From Candidatus Aenigmatarchaeota archaeon (GTDB taxonomy: Archaea; Aenigmatarchaeota; Aenigmatarchaeia; Aenigmatarchaeales; JACQIB01), in contig JACQIB010000004.1 of the NCBI GenBank assembly GCA_016198755.1, forward strand, positions 170,913-234,912: a DNA stretch of 64,000 nt, in the 5' to 3' direction. Shown here one piece after another: positions 10,207 to 19,173 of the stretch. The stretch's first letter is position 1. The number at the start of each line of letters is the position of its first letter. The translations under genes and the position numbers were made by a program. The notes under the pieces are model-generated. The model was not told the DNA's origin, did not search any database, and worked only from the letters and a program-made list of their open reading frames with translations.

Positions 10207-10995
10207 CTAAATCAGATTCACATCAGCTGTCCTTCTGGGCTCATATACATCCTCTTCTGAATAACCTTCCTGTAGAAAATCTCTTTCCAGTCTCCCACTC
10301 CACTTGAATTCCCCCCCAGTGTTAAAGCCCAATTTCTTTATTTTAGCCCTAGTGCCTATAGGCACAAATTCTTTAGCAAGCGGATTGAAACCTTTCTTTC
10401 TAACTGCTTTATGCAAAACAACCACATCCTCCAGAATACACTCCATAGCAGTTGGTTCTGTTATGTTCCTTTCAATTCTATATCTATAGGGCAAAACCAG
10501 CAATGGCAGTTGCCTGCTCATCATAGAACTCAATATTCCTGGGAGAAAATCATGCGATTGGAAGCTTGTCTCGTACATATCTCTCAGCTCTACCAAAGCA
10601 CGTGTATGAGGATTTGCAACCCACGGGTCAAATTTCATTTTGTCTCTTGAAAAATCATTTGCACCCATAAAATCATCAACATAAAATGGACGTATAATAC
10701 CAGCATCGTCCAGAACAGCATACACGCCAGGATATCGTGTCATCTCATCCTGTATTCTCATCTCCCCAATAGCCAGAATAACACCCCTGTTAACCAGCAA
10801 GGGTACTCCAGTTATCTTAGCTGGTCTTGACGAGCCTCTGTAAACTAATGAACCCGAACCTGAAGAAGTTTCTAATGCAGGCCCCATATCAGGCACAACA
10901 CCAAAAGTTACATTATAACCTTTCTGCACACTATTCTGCAAAAATGTTCTCATTCCCTTAATATCCCTGCTGCTTATGTCTACCATGAAATTCAA
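10207..10995 (-). CDS. Hypothetical protein (262 aa)
   Basis: Long ORF immediately downstream of the wHTH regulator gene (a 2-nt gap). No motif recognised. Confidence 0.45.
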   Translation of the reverse strand: MNFMVDISSRDIKGMRTFLQNSVQKGYNVTFGVVPDMGPALETSSGSGSLVYRGSSRPAKITGVPLLVNRGVILAIGEMRIQDEMTRYPGVYAVLDDAGIIRPFYVDDFMGANDFSRDKMKFDPWVANPHTRALVELRDMYETSFQSHDFLPGILSSMMSRQLPLLVLPYRYRIERNITEPTAMECILEDVVVLHKAVRKKGFNPLAKEFVPIGTRAKIKKLGFNTGGEFKWSGRLERDFLQEGYSEEDVYEPRRTADVNLI

Positions 10996-11048
10996 ATTAT
11001 AATCTGTGGAGAAAAGGATAAATGTGTGTGTATTTGTATAGGATTCTG

Positions 11049-12194
11049 CTATTTTTTAGGAGATTGTTTTCTGGAAGCTAACTCGGCTTCCCTGAGTGTT
11101 GTTTCCATCGCATCCAAAGCTGTCTGGAATTTTGTCATATTCTTGTCAAATATCGAAAGCCTTTCATTCCATGCCGGTATAGAAAACTCTACATAAGGTT
11201 TTCCAAGAACTCCGAGTGCAGATTTCCTATTTGACCTTCCGGGGAAGCACAGGCTAGCATAATTTTCCACTTCCTCTCCAAGACCGAATGCAGTTGCATA
11301 CACAAGATATTTGTCCCAAATAATCAAAAATTTGGGTGGCCTCTCCTTTAATATGCTGAAATCTTTGATGAACATTTTCAACCCACTCCATTTTAGGAAA
11401 TGTTCAGTTCCAAGTTCTGTGTAACACATTAAATATTTCTTATATTTTGAAACAAGAATTCCATAAAATAGAGCTATAAAAAAGAGACTGAAAATTGAGA
11501 AACCTATAGTGGGGATAAATAAAAAGAAGGCAAGGATGAAGTTCAGAATAAAAATTATTTTGGTCCAATATACAAACCTTTCTAAGCCTGTAAAATCTAC
11601 TAGCTTCAGTTTTTTAACATCCTCTTCTACAAGTTTTTCCCAGTTTTCAATGAATAATTCATATTTTGGGTTCAAATACACCTTCAAAGCCAGTTGGCTC
11701 ATTTGTATACTATCGCTGACCATGTGTTCAGTATACAACTTATAGACAGCTTCCTCATAGGTCTTTAATCCCGGCTTTGAAGTCCTTTTCAGTCTAGTAA
11801 TTAAGTAGTCCTTCTCCTTTCCGAATATTTTCAAGTATTTCTTGTGCCCAATTTCCTCTATCTTAAAATACCCCCTTCTAACCAAATCCAGAAATGTAGC
11901 TGTTATATCATCCTCCTTCAAGTACATATCCAGAATAAAAGAAGCTATAGCAGGTCCATAATCATATGGTATTTCCCTAACATAAGCCGATTCCGTTATC
12001 TCTGGCTTTTTCCCATACTTCTTTGAAAGAGAAAAAAATAATAGTGTTTCCAAACCAGCAAAGATAAAAAACAAGGCCAACGCAAAAGAAAATGATAACA
12101 AGAATATTATTCCGAGACCTGAAGCAATAGCTCCTATACAAAAGAACATAAACCATAAAGAGAAGAACAACAGTACAAAAATCACTGGACGCAT
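11049..12194 (-). CDS. Polytopic membrane protein (DUF2207-like)
   Basis: Multiple TM segments flank a soluble loop. The C-terminal LIIWDKYLVYATAFGL motif resembles the DUF2207 family. Confidence 0.5.
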   Translation of the reverse strand: MRPVIFVLLFFSLWFMFFCIGAIASGLGIIFLLSFSFALALFFIFAGLETLLFFSLSKKYGKKPEITESAYVREIPYDYGPAIASFILDMYLKEDDITATFLDLVRRGYFKIEEIGHKKYLKIFGKEKDYLITRLKRTSKPGLKTYEEAVYKLYTEHMVSDSIQMSQLALKVYLNPKYELFIENWEKLVEEDVKKLKLVDFTGLERFVYWTKIIFILNFILAFFLFIPTIGFSIFSLFFIALFYGILVSKYKKYLMCYTELGTEHFLKWSGLKMFIKDFSILKERPPKFLIIWDKYLVYATAFGLGEEVENYASLCFPGRSNRKSALGVLGKPYVEFSIPAWNERLSIFDKNMTKFQTALDAMETTLREAELASRKQSPKK

Positions 12195-12212
12195 AAGTAT
12201 ATTTATGATTCC

Positions 12213-13955
12213 CTATAATAAAACCTTTGTACTCCTGAAAACCTTTTTCAGTTCTGTAAAAGGCAGGGTGTTTACAACATCCTTCTGCTCAAGCCAGCCT
12301 CTGCGCGCTGTTTTTATTCCCAGTTCAGTATACCAGAAAGTATTTTTATCATGTGAGTCTGTGTCAATTGCAAACTTGCAGTCGAATTCTCTTGCAAGCC
12401 TTATGTGATCATCCTTCAAGTCCAGCCTGTTTGGCTGCGAATCTATTTCTAAAACAACTCCCAGTTCAGCAGCTTTTGCAAAAACCTTTTTCAAATCCAA
12501 ATCAAAAGGCTTTCTCCGTGTTATTAACCTTCCTGTTGGGTGGCCCAAAATTGAAATTAATCCTGTTTCCATTGCTGCTAGCACGCGAGCAGTGATTTTT
12601 TCCTCCGGAGCTTTAAACCCTGAATGAATAGAACCAACAACAATATCCAGCTTTTTCAGCAAACTATCAGGATAGTCAAGAGATCCGTTTCCTTTAATGT
12701 CTACCTCACTTCCAGAAAGAATTTTTATTCCTTTAATTTTCTTCCTTGCCTCCTCTATTGCTTTCAGGTATTTTATCAGCCTCTCCTCGCTCATACCATG
12801 CGCTTGGTACTCTGATTTTGAATGGTCCGTTATTGCAATATACTCATACCCTAGGGATTTGGCTGCAAGAGCCATCTCCTCAATAGAATGGTTTCCATCA
12901 GACCAGTTTGTGTGCAAATGCAAATCCCCGCGGATATCGGAAAGTTTAACAAGTGCTGGCAGTTTTCCTGCAGCCGCAGCTTCAATCTCCCCATGATTCT
13001 CTCTCATCTCAGGCTCTATCCAGTGCAGCCCCAAAGTTTTGTAAACTTCCTCTTCTGTTTTTCCAGCCAATTGCTTTCCAGTTTTCCTGTCAAATAACCC
13101 ATATTCGGAGAGTTTATACCCCTTTGCAATAGCCATTGTCCTAAGCTCTACATTATGATCCATGTTTCCTGTAAAATACTGAAGAGCAGCTCCATAGCTT
13201 TCAGCTGGAAGTACCCTCAAGTCAGCCTGCAGCCCATTTTTCAGGACAACAGTGCTTTTTGTTGGCCCTTTAGAAAGAACCCTCCCAACTTCAGAAAGTG
13301 TTGTGAAAACTTCCATTACAGCAGCAGGCTTCCTGCTTATAACCAAAATATCCAAATCCCCCACAGTTTCCTTCCCCCTTCTTGTTGAACCAGCAATTTC
13401 CGCCTGTTCTACAGCCGGATTTTTCCTTAATTTTTCAACTATTTGCTTTGCAATCGGGAGCGCCTCGCCCAGCAAATAGCGTTCTTTGCTTTTCTTCAGC
13501 ATATCCACAGACTGCAGAATATTTTTTTCAGATTTTTCCCCGAAACCAGGCAAGTTTCTTAATTTCCCTGCTTTTGCAGCAGCAGCTAAATCCTGCACTG
13601 TTTTGACTTTTAGTTTCTTGTAAAGGAAAATAGCTTTCCTCGGCCCAATACCTTCCAGTTTCATTAGATTCATCAACCCTTCAGGTATCTTCTTTCCCAG
13701 CTGTTCTATCTTATTTATTCTTCCGGTTTTCAAATACTCCTCTATATTCGAGGAAATTGTTGCCCCAACCCCTGGTATCTCCTGCAGAGCTTTCACTCCC
13801 CCCTGCTTGTAAACTTCAGAAACCTCTGTAGGCAGGCTATCCAATACTCTGGCTACCTTCCTGTAAGCTATAGGCTCCCATTTTACTTCTAAAATATCCA
13901 GCATATCTGCTATTTCGTACAGCAGAGCAGCTATCTCTTTATTGGCTGAAGGCAT
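12213..13955 (-). CDS. polX: DNA polymerase X family protein with a C-terminal PHP phosphoesterase domain
   Basis: N-terminal HhH; nucleotidyltransferase motif GSTRRGKETVGDLDILV; C-terminal PHP motifs (LHLHTNWSDG, ITDHS). Confidence 0.9.
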   Translation of the reverse strand: MPSANKEIAALLYEIADMLDILEVKWEPIAYRKVARVLDSLPTEVSEVYKQGGVKALQEIPGVGATISSNIEEYLKTGRINKIEQLGKKIPEGLMNLMKLEGIGPRKAIFLYKKLKVKTVQDLAAAAKAGKLRNLPGFGEKSEKNILQSVDMLKKSKERYLLGEALPIAKQIVEKLRKNPAVEQAEIAGSTRRGKETVGDLDILVISRKPAAVMEVFTTLSEVGRVLSKGPTKSTVVLKNGLQADLRVLPAESYGAALQYFTGNMDHNVELRTMAIAKGYKLSEYGLFDRKTGKQLAGKTEEEVYKTLGLHWIEPEMRENHGEIEAAAAGKLPALVKLSDIRGDLHLHTNWSDGNHSIEEMALAAKSLGYEYIAITDHSKSEYQAHGMSEERLIKYLKAIEEARKKIKGIKILSGSEVDIKGNGSLDYPDSLLKKLDIVVGSIHSGFKAPEEKITARVLAAMETGLISILGHPTGRLITRRKPFDLDLKKVFAKAAELGVVLEIDSQPNRLDLKDDHIRLAREFDCKFAIDTDSHDKNTFWYTELGIKTARRGWLEQKDVVNTLPFTELKKVFRSTKVLL

Positions 13956-13957
13956 AA

Positions 13958-14215
13958 TTATCTATAAACCTCCTTTCTATGTTCAAACCTGAGCAATATT
14001 ATTTTATCTCCTTCAATAGAATAAATAAGCCTGTAGGGTTTAATGTATATTGTTCTCTCTCCCTTTAGATCATAACTAAGAGGTTTTCCAACTTCTGGCC
14101 TTTCGACAATCTTCTTTAACTGTTTTTTTATCTTCTCCTTAAGAGAACCATCCTTTATTTTTTTAATTTCTTCCTCAAATTTATCCGTTGGTATAATCAG
14201 CTTTATTTCTACCAT
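13958..14215 (-). CDS. RelE/ParE-family toxin
   Basis: 85 aa. C-terminal ILLRFEHRKEVY matches the RelE signature. Overlaps the upstream antitoxin gene by 7 nt. Confidence 0.7.
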   Translation of the reverse strand: MVEIKLIIPTDKFEEEIKKIKDGSLKEKIKKQLKKIVERPEVGKPLSYDLKGERTIYIKPYRLIYSIEGDKIILLRFEHRKEVYR

Positions 14216-14490
14216 TTTTCCAGCTCTTTAAAGAACTTTTCTTTAGTATAAATTTTATATCTGCCCTCTTCTATATCTTTCCATGCTTCCTCAACGAGCT
14301 TTAATGTTCTCAAATCTTCTTCTGTCATTTGTGTATTCAATTTTTTCAGAATAATAGTATCTTTTCTTGCGCTCACGGCAAATGAGCTACCTTCCCTTAT
14401 GCCAACCATCTTCCTTATATCACTTGGTATAACTATCTGTCCTTTTGAGCTGGCGCGTGTTATCTCAGGCAATATGCTCTGTTTTCTCAT
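14209..14490 (-). CDS. AbrB/MazE-type (SpoVT/AbrB swapped-hairpin) antitoxin
   Basis: GQIVIPSDIRKMVGIREGSSF is an AbrB-type DNA-binding motif. Genetically paired with the RelE gene. Confidence 0.65.
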   Translation of the reverse strand: MRKQSILPEITRASSKGQIVIPSDIRKMVGIREGSSFAVSARKDTIILKKLNTQMTEEDLRTLKLVEEAWKDIEEGRYKIYTKEKFFKELEKW

Positions 14491-14582
14491 ATATGTAAGA
14501 TATTCTTACTAGTATATAAATATATCCTATTAATATTAGAGAGGAACATAACTCTTATAAACCTTCCCTTCCCATTCTGCGC

Positions 14583-15008
14583 ATGGAAGAGCAATGCATA
14601 TTTTGTTCAATTGTAGAGGGAAAGATACCCGCCGCAATAATACATGAGGATGATGTTGGATTGGCTTTTCTGGATATAACTCCGGCAACAAAAGGGCATA
14701 CTGTACTTATTAGCAAAGAGCATTATGAGGATATTTTTTCTGTACCTTCTGAAAAACTTGAAAAACTTATTGTATTTGCAAAAGGGCTGATGGAGCATAT
14801 AAAAGAAAAACTTTCTGCCCAAGGATTCAATATGGAGAGTTTTATAGGGTCAGCCTCAGGTTCGATGATAAAGCATTTCTCTTTCCACTTAATACCCCGC
14901 TATGATGATGATGGACAGGAAAGGCCATTTGCAACGAGAATGAAGTTTGGGAGCAAAGAAGAGCTAACAAAGTATTTGGAAGAAACTGCTGAGAAAATAA
15001 CAGAATAA
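14583..15008 (+). CDS. HIT-family (histidine triad-like) hydrolase
   Basis: HIT-like fold signature KHFSFHLIPR, with the central His of the triad replaced by Ser; about 140 aa. Confidence 0.6.
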   Translation: MEEQCIFCSIVEGKIPAAIIHEDDVGLAFLDITPATKGHTVLISKEHYEDIFSVPSEKLEKLIVFAKGLMEHIKEKLSAQGFNMESFIGSASGSMIKHFSFHLIPRYDDDGQERPFATRMKFGSKEELTKYLEETAEKITE

Positions 15009-15026
15009 TTAATATTTTCAACACAT

Positions 15027-15434
15027 TTACAAGCTTTGTTGAGGTGCTTTTGGTATTAACAACTCTTCTAACTGTTCCCTGACAGCCAAAAGTCTAGCCC
15101 AATTATCAAGATATGTAACCTGTTCTGTCGGAACCCACTCTTTAGACTCTTTGGCTCCGTCAGCAAGAAGTTTTTTCCTGAAGGCATCATAATGATCACT
15201 ATCCACTCTTCTCGCCGTATAGATTGCAAATATATCTGAAGATGGAGGTGATGTTCTGGGACTTTCAACAGGTTTTACCAAAAGTTTCAGCGAAGGAATA
15301 TAAACAACACGTCTTGCACCATGTGACATAGATTTTCCATCAGGAAATTCTGTGCTAGTATCATAAGTAAAAACTATGGCCCGTATAGCAGATATTTCTG
15401 CAGGACTTCTGCCAGATAAAGAATCACTTTCCAT
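15027..15434 (-). CDS. Hypothetical protein (135 aa); paralog of 34058-34459
   Basis: Shares a DSDHYDAFRKKLLADG versus GDSAFYKEDAMRRAEEL block with the other ORF. Confidence 0.35.
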   Translation of the reverse strand: MESDSLSGRSPAEISAIRAIVFTYDTSTEFPDGKSMSHGARRVVYIPSLKLLVKPVESPRTSPPSSDIFAIYTARRVDSDHYDAFRKKLLADGAKESKEWVPTEQVTYLDNWARLLAVREQLEELLIPKAPQQSL

Positions 15435-15500
15435 AGAAACAATTAAGTATACATAAAGGATTTATAGGCTGTTGATATGTAAAATTCCTTTACCGAATAG

Positions 15501-16412
15501 TTATAAAACACATTTTTCTTCAATCAAAATTATTTTCTTGTCTGCATCTATTGAAACCTTAGCTCCGATGGGCAGGGTTGCAACAGGAGTATGGTGGCCA
15601 AAATCTTCTGTTTTCAGAATTGGAAAATCCTTTCCAGCTGTTAGCTCCAATAAACTTTGTTCCAGCTGCTTATCTTTGGGCCATTCTTTCTGCAGCCCAT
15701 AAATAAAACCCACAACAACACCCTTTACTTTATCAAAAACTCCCAACTCTTTCAATTTTTCCAGTGCTTTGTAAACGTCATCACACCTCATGTGGTAGTC
15801 TTCTAACATTAGGATAGAGTTTGAAAAATCAGGCCAGAATTCTGTTCCAGCCAATTTAAGCAGAGCCCTCAGGTTCCCTCCCAAAAACTTTCCCTGCGCA
15901 TGTCCTGCGCGGATTGTTTTTCTCTCTCTCAAAGCAGGAACCTCCCCTATTTTCCCTTTTACGAGCCTGTCTAGGAAAATTTTCCTGTCATAATCTGTAG
16001 AGTATAATCCAAAGCAGTGCCTTATTTCCGGTCCCTGAAAAGTTATAAGTCCTATTTTTACATAGATTGCATTCAACAAAGCTGCAACATCGCTGAAACC
16101 AACAAAAACTTTTGGATTTTTCTTTATTGTTTTCCAGTCTATAAATTCTAAAGTTTTTTGTATATTATTCCCCCCAACCGTAGAAACAATCCCTTTCACC
16201 TCAGGGTTCTGGAACAGCTCATTCAAGTCCTCAGCTTTCTTTTTTGGGTCTGTGCTGTTAAAGTTTTTGCTCAGTAAAACCTTAAACCCAAGCTTTTCCA
16301 GCTCTCCAACACCCTTCAAAAAGCGCGGATCATTTGGCCCACCCTCTACTGGGTCAGAAGGAGTGCAGGTTCCCAGTTTATCTCCAATTTTCAAACGCTT
16401 TGGTATAATCAT
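15501..16412 (-). CDS. LD-carboxypeptidase (peptidase S66, LdcA/MccF-like)
   Basis: About 300 aa with the S66 architecture. N-terminal IGDKLGTCTPSDPV; Ser-nucleophile region GFSDVAALLN. Confidence 0.75.
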   Translation of the reverse strand: MIIPKRLKIGDKLGTCTPSDPVEGGPNDPRFLKGVGELEKLGFKVLLSKNFNSTDPKKKAEDLNELFQNPEVKGIVSTVGGNNIQKTLEFIDWKTIKKNPKVFVGFSDVAALLNAIYVKIGLITFQGPEIRHCFGLYSTDYDRKIFLDRLVKGKIGEVPALRERKTIRAGHAQGKFLGGNLRALLKLAGTEFWPDFSNSILMLEDYHMRCDDVYKALEKLKELGVFDKVKGVVVGFIYGLQKEWPKDKQLEQSLLELTAGKDFPILKTEDFGHHTPVATLPIGAKVSIDADKKIILIEEKCVL

Positions 16413-16418
16413 AATGTC

Positions 16419-17117
16419 TCACTCAACAATCTTCTTTGATTCGCAGTTGTCTGTGCAGGGTTTTGGGATAAATTCCCTTAAAACCATTGTTTCACCCTTC
16501 ACTAGCTTTGAAAAATTTTCCTCAGCTTCGCGTGCCTTCTCTTTCAAAACCATTTTATAGTGCATTGGAATTGTAAGCTTTGCCTTAATAGTGTTAGCTG
16601 CCTCAGCAGCTTCCTCCACGCCCATTGTAAATTTTCCCCCCATTGGCAGGAGAGCAACATCTATGTTTTTCAATTCTCTCATCTCAGGGACAAAATCTGT
16701 GTCCCCAGCATGGTATAATCTGCCAGCAGGCAGGTTTAGAACAAACCCAACCCAGTTATTTGCACGTGGATGGAAGCTTAGCCTGTCTTCTTTAGTGTTG
16801 TAAGCAGGAATTGTCTCAACTTTAATACCGAAAATATTGTAGGTTTTTTGCGATTCAACTGGTATAAAACGTGCTGGAGAAACCAGTTCTTGCTGTAGGT
16901 TCGCAGGCCCAACCAGAACAGTCTCGGGCTTCAATATTCTTTTCAAATCCTGCTCACTAAAATGGTCATAGTGGGCATGGGTAATAAAAATCACATCAGC
17001 TTTCTCTTTTGTTTCAGGTATTTGAAACGGGTCTATATACAGGAAGTTTTTCTTGTTCAGGAAAATGGAAAAGGAAGCATGCCCAAACCAGCGCAGGTCG
17101 CGAAGTAAGTCTGACAT
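16419..17117 (-). CDS. Metallo-beta-lactamase-fold hydrolase
   Basis: HAHYDH metal-binding motif. Confidence 0.8.
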   Translation of the reverse strand: MSDLLRDLRWFGHASFSIFLNKKNFLYIDPFQIPETKEKADVIFITHAHYDHFSEQDLKRILKPETVLVGPANLQQELVSPARFIPVESQKTYNIFGIKVETIPAYNTKEDRLSFHPRANNWVGFVLNLPAGRLYHAGDTDFVPEMRELKNIDVALLPMGGKFTMGVEEAAEAANTIKAKLTIPMHYKMVLKEKAREAEENFSKLVKGETMVLREFIPKPCTDNCESKKIVE

Positions 17118-17164
17118 GAAACCTATTGGCGAAAAGGATATTTATAGGTTTGAACCTGCGCAAC

Positions 17165-17374
17165 TCAGCCGCTGCGGTTCATAACAAGTGATAAACTCTC
17201 ATTCAAAACACCCTTTACTGTTTCATTTACAGTGTGTGTTCCGAGAGTTGCTGTGTTCTGCAGGTTTAATGTTATCTGGGCGACAGCAACAAGCACAACA
17301 GCTGCAACCAAAAGCATTGCCAAGTACTTCAGAGGAAGGCCTTCTATTCCCTTTAAACGAAATACTTTCATCAT
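17165..17374 (-). CDS. Small pilin-like protein (possible class III signal peptide)
   Basis: MMKVFRLKGIEG followed by a hydrophobic stretch LAMLLVAAVVLVAVAQ. Immediately downstream of FlaJ. Confidence 0.4.
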   Translation of the reverse strand: MMKVFRLKGIEGLPLKYLAMLLVAAVVLVAVAQITLNLQNTATLGTHTVNETVKGVLNESLSLVMNRSG

Positions 17375-17379
17375 TTATA

Positions 17380-19173
17380 TCACGTCAAACTCTGCAGCAA
17401 TAGTATGCGCGTTGCCAATAATGTAACAGTAAAGACTATTAAAACCGCTGGAAATGATTCTGCCAGTTCAATACCGTTTGCAACAGGATCAGAACCCCAG
17501 CCTATCTTGCTAACATACCTTACAAGTACAAAGTTCAGTCCAATAGCATAAATCCCAACAATAAGTAAAAGTATATCAGGAGTTATGCTTGGTTTTGAAA
17601 TAAGTGTCGGACCTATGTTAGGAAGGTTCTGGGTTTGTATAGACTTTGTTATCATTTGAAAGAGCACAATTATAATTGAGGTTACAAGCGGGGAGAAAAC
17701 CAAAGCTGTTGCCTTCATCATTGTAAGGCTTTTTCTTAAAAGTTCTTTTATCCAGTCATCAACAGCATTCAACTTCTCTAGATAAGACAAAATAAGGGAA
17801 GCTGTGGAAGCTGCAGCAGCTGTTCCTCTGCTAAGGGAAGCTGCAATAAGTATAAGGAAAGACCTTATTAATTTTGAATCTATTTTCTCAAACTCAAGCG
17901 CTTTATTCAAAGGTAAGGAACCTGCACGCACTTTGTAAACAAGCCTGTCCAAAAGCCCTGCTATATCGCTCCCTTTGAGCAGTTTAGCTGTATAACTCAG
18001 AGCTTCTTCTATTGGCTTTCCCTCTGCAAGCTTGTTGCGTATATGGTAGAGAGCAGCAGGAAACTGTTCCTCTATCTTTCTAACCTCTTCCCGTTTTGCC
18101 TTGAACGGATAATAATTACTATAGTAGTAAACAAAAAACCCTATTCCAATACCCCATATTATAGGAAAAGTTGAGAGCGGCTTTACAGCAAGCAAAAACC
18201 ACTGGTTAATAATAACCCCAAAATAACCCAAAAGATAAACAAATCCCGGGAATGCAACCAGAAGGGAAAGCAAAATAGCAGCAGGCAAGCTTTTGTTTTC
18301 CAATTTGAACTCTATACCTCCCATTGAGGGGGGCCTTTTCCTGAGTATATGCTCTGAGTAAAGAAAGCTTGCAAAAAGCGTTGTAAAAAGGAAGAGAGAA
18401 GTTGGCAAAGGACCAACATCTGCCCCTAAAAACGATATTATTGGAAAGAGGGAGATTATCATTAGCGGGACGATTGTTCCTATACTGAAAAGCAAAAGTG
18501 TTGGTATATGCAGACCTGAAGCATACTCTTTTATTTTTGCTATCGTATCCTTCAAAAGCGTTTTTGTTGCCCTATCCAAATCCTTTATTTTAGCTTTTGG
18601 GTCAGACTCGCTGAAACTGGCTTCTATAAGAGAAACAGAAGACTGAAAAGCAGGGGAAAATTTCCCCCATTTCCTTCCAACTTTATCCAGTCCTTCCAAA
18701 GCATTCTTATACTTCCCAACAGCAACCTTCCAAACAGCTTTTTTCAGGTCATCAGCAACTAATCCAGTAGAATTCTCAGCTGCAAATTTCATTGCTCTCT
18801 CGGGTGAAGGGCTGCCTCTCAGGTATATGGAAAGCTGTGATAAAACTAAAGGAGCAGTACCCATGGCCTGCATAGCCTTGTCATTCGCAGCCATTTTAGG
18901 GTATTCTGTGAAAAGATAGAAAGTCAGGAAAGCTAAGGGAACTAAAAGTATAGTGTAGATTGGATTAAAGCCGAATAAAATAAATGAAAGAGACAATATT
19001 ATTGCTACTGTTGATAAAACAAGTAAATAAAAATAGCCGGCTCCTAATATTACCGCAGGCTCTGTTTTCAACTTTAACAATTTAGCAGCATTTATCAGTT
19101 CTTTGCTTGGCTCTGATTTTAACAGAGAACCTGGAAAACAGGCTTTATCAAAAAGGGAAATATAGTTAACCAA
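17380..19173 (-). CDS. FlaJ/TadC-like polytopic membrane platform protein of an archaeal type IV pilus
   Basis: 597 aa with two TM bundles separated by cytoplasmic domains. Overlaps the FlaI gene by 8 nt. Confidence 0.7.
   Translation of the reverse strand: MVNYISLFDKACFPGSLLKSEPSKELINAAKLLKLKTEPAVILGAGYFYLLVLSTVAIILSLSFILFGFNPIYTILLVPLAFLTFYLFTEYPKMAANDKAMQAMGTAPLVLSQLSIYLRGSPSPERAMKFAAENSTGLVADDLKKAVWKVAVGKYKNALEGLDKVGRKWGKFSPAFQSSVSLIEASFSESDPKAKIKDLDRATKTLLKDTIAKIKEYASGLHIPTLLLFSIGTIVPLMIISLFPIISFLGADVGPLPTSLFLFTTLFASFLYSEHILRKRPPSMGGIEFKLENKSLPAAILLSLLVAFPGFVYLLGYFGVIINQWFLLAVKPLSTFPIIWGIGIGFFVYYYSNYYPFKAKREEVRKIEEQFPAALYHIRNKLAEGKPIEEALSYTAKLLKGSDIAGLLDRLVYKVRAGSLPLNKALEFEKIDSKLIRSFLILIAASLSRGTAAAASTASLILSYLEKLNAVDDWIKELLRKSLTMMKATALVFSPLVTSIIIVLFQMITKSIQTQNLPNIGPTLISKPSITPDILLLIVGIYAIGLNFVLVRYVSKIGWGSDPVANGIELAESFPAVLIVFTVTLLATRILLLQSLT

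Noticed and set aside
14583-15008. HIT protein lacks the central His of the HxHxH triad (HFSFHLIP), which raised the possibility of a pseudogene.
   Set aside because: The ORF is intact and of normal length. Several bona fide HIT-superfamily branches (GalT-like and others) deviate from the canonical triad. It is kept as HIT-like with reduced confidence.
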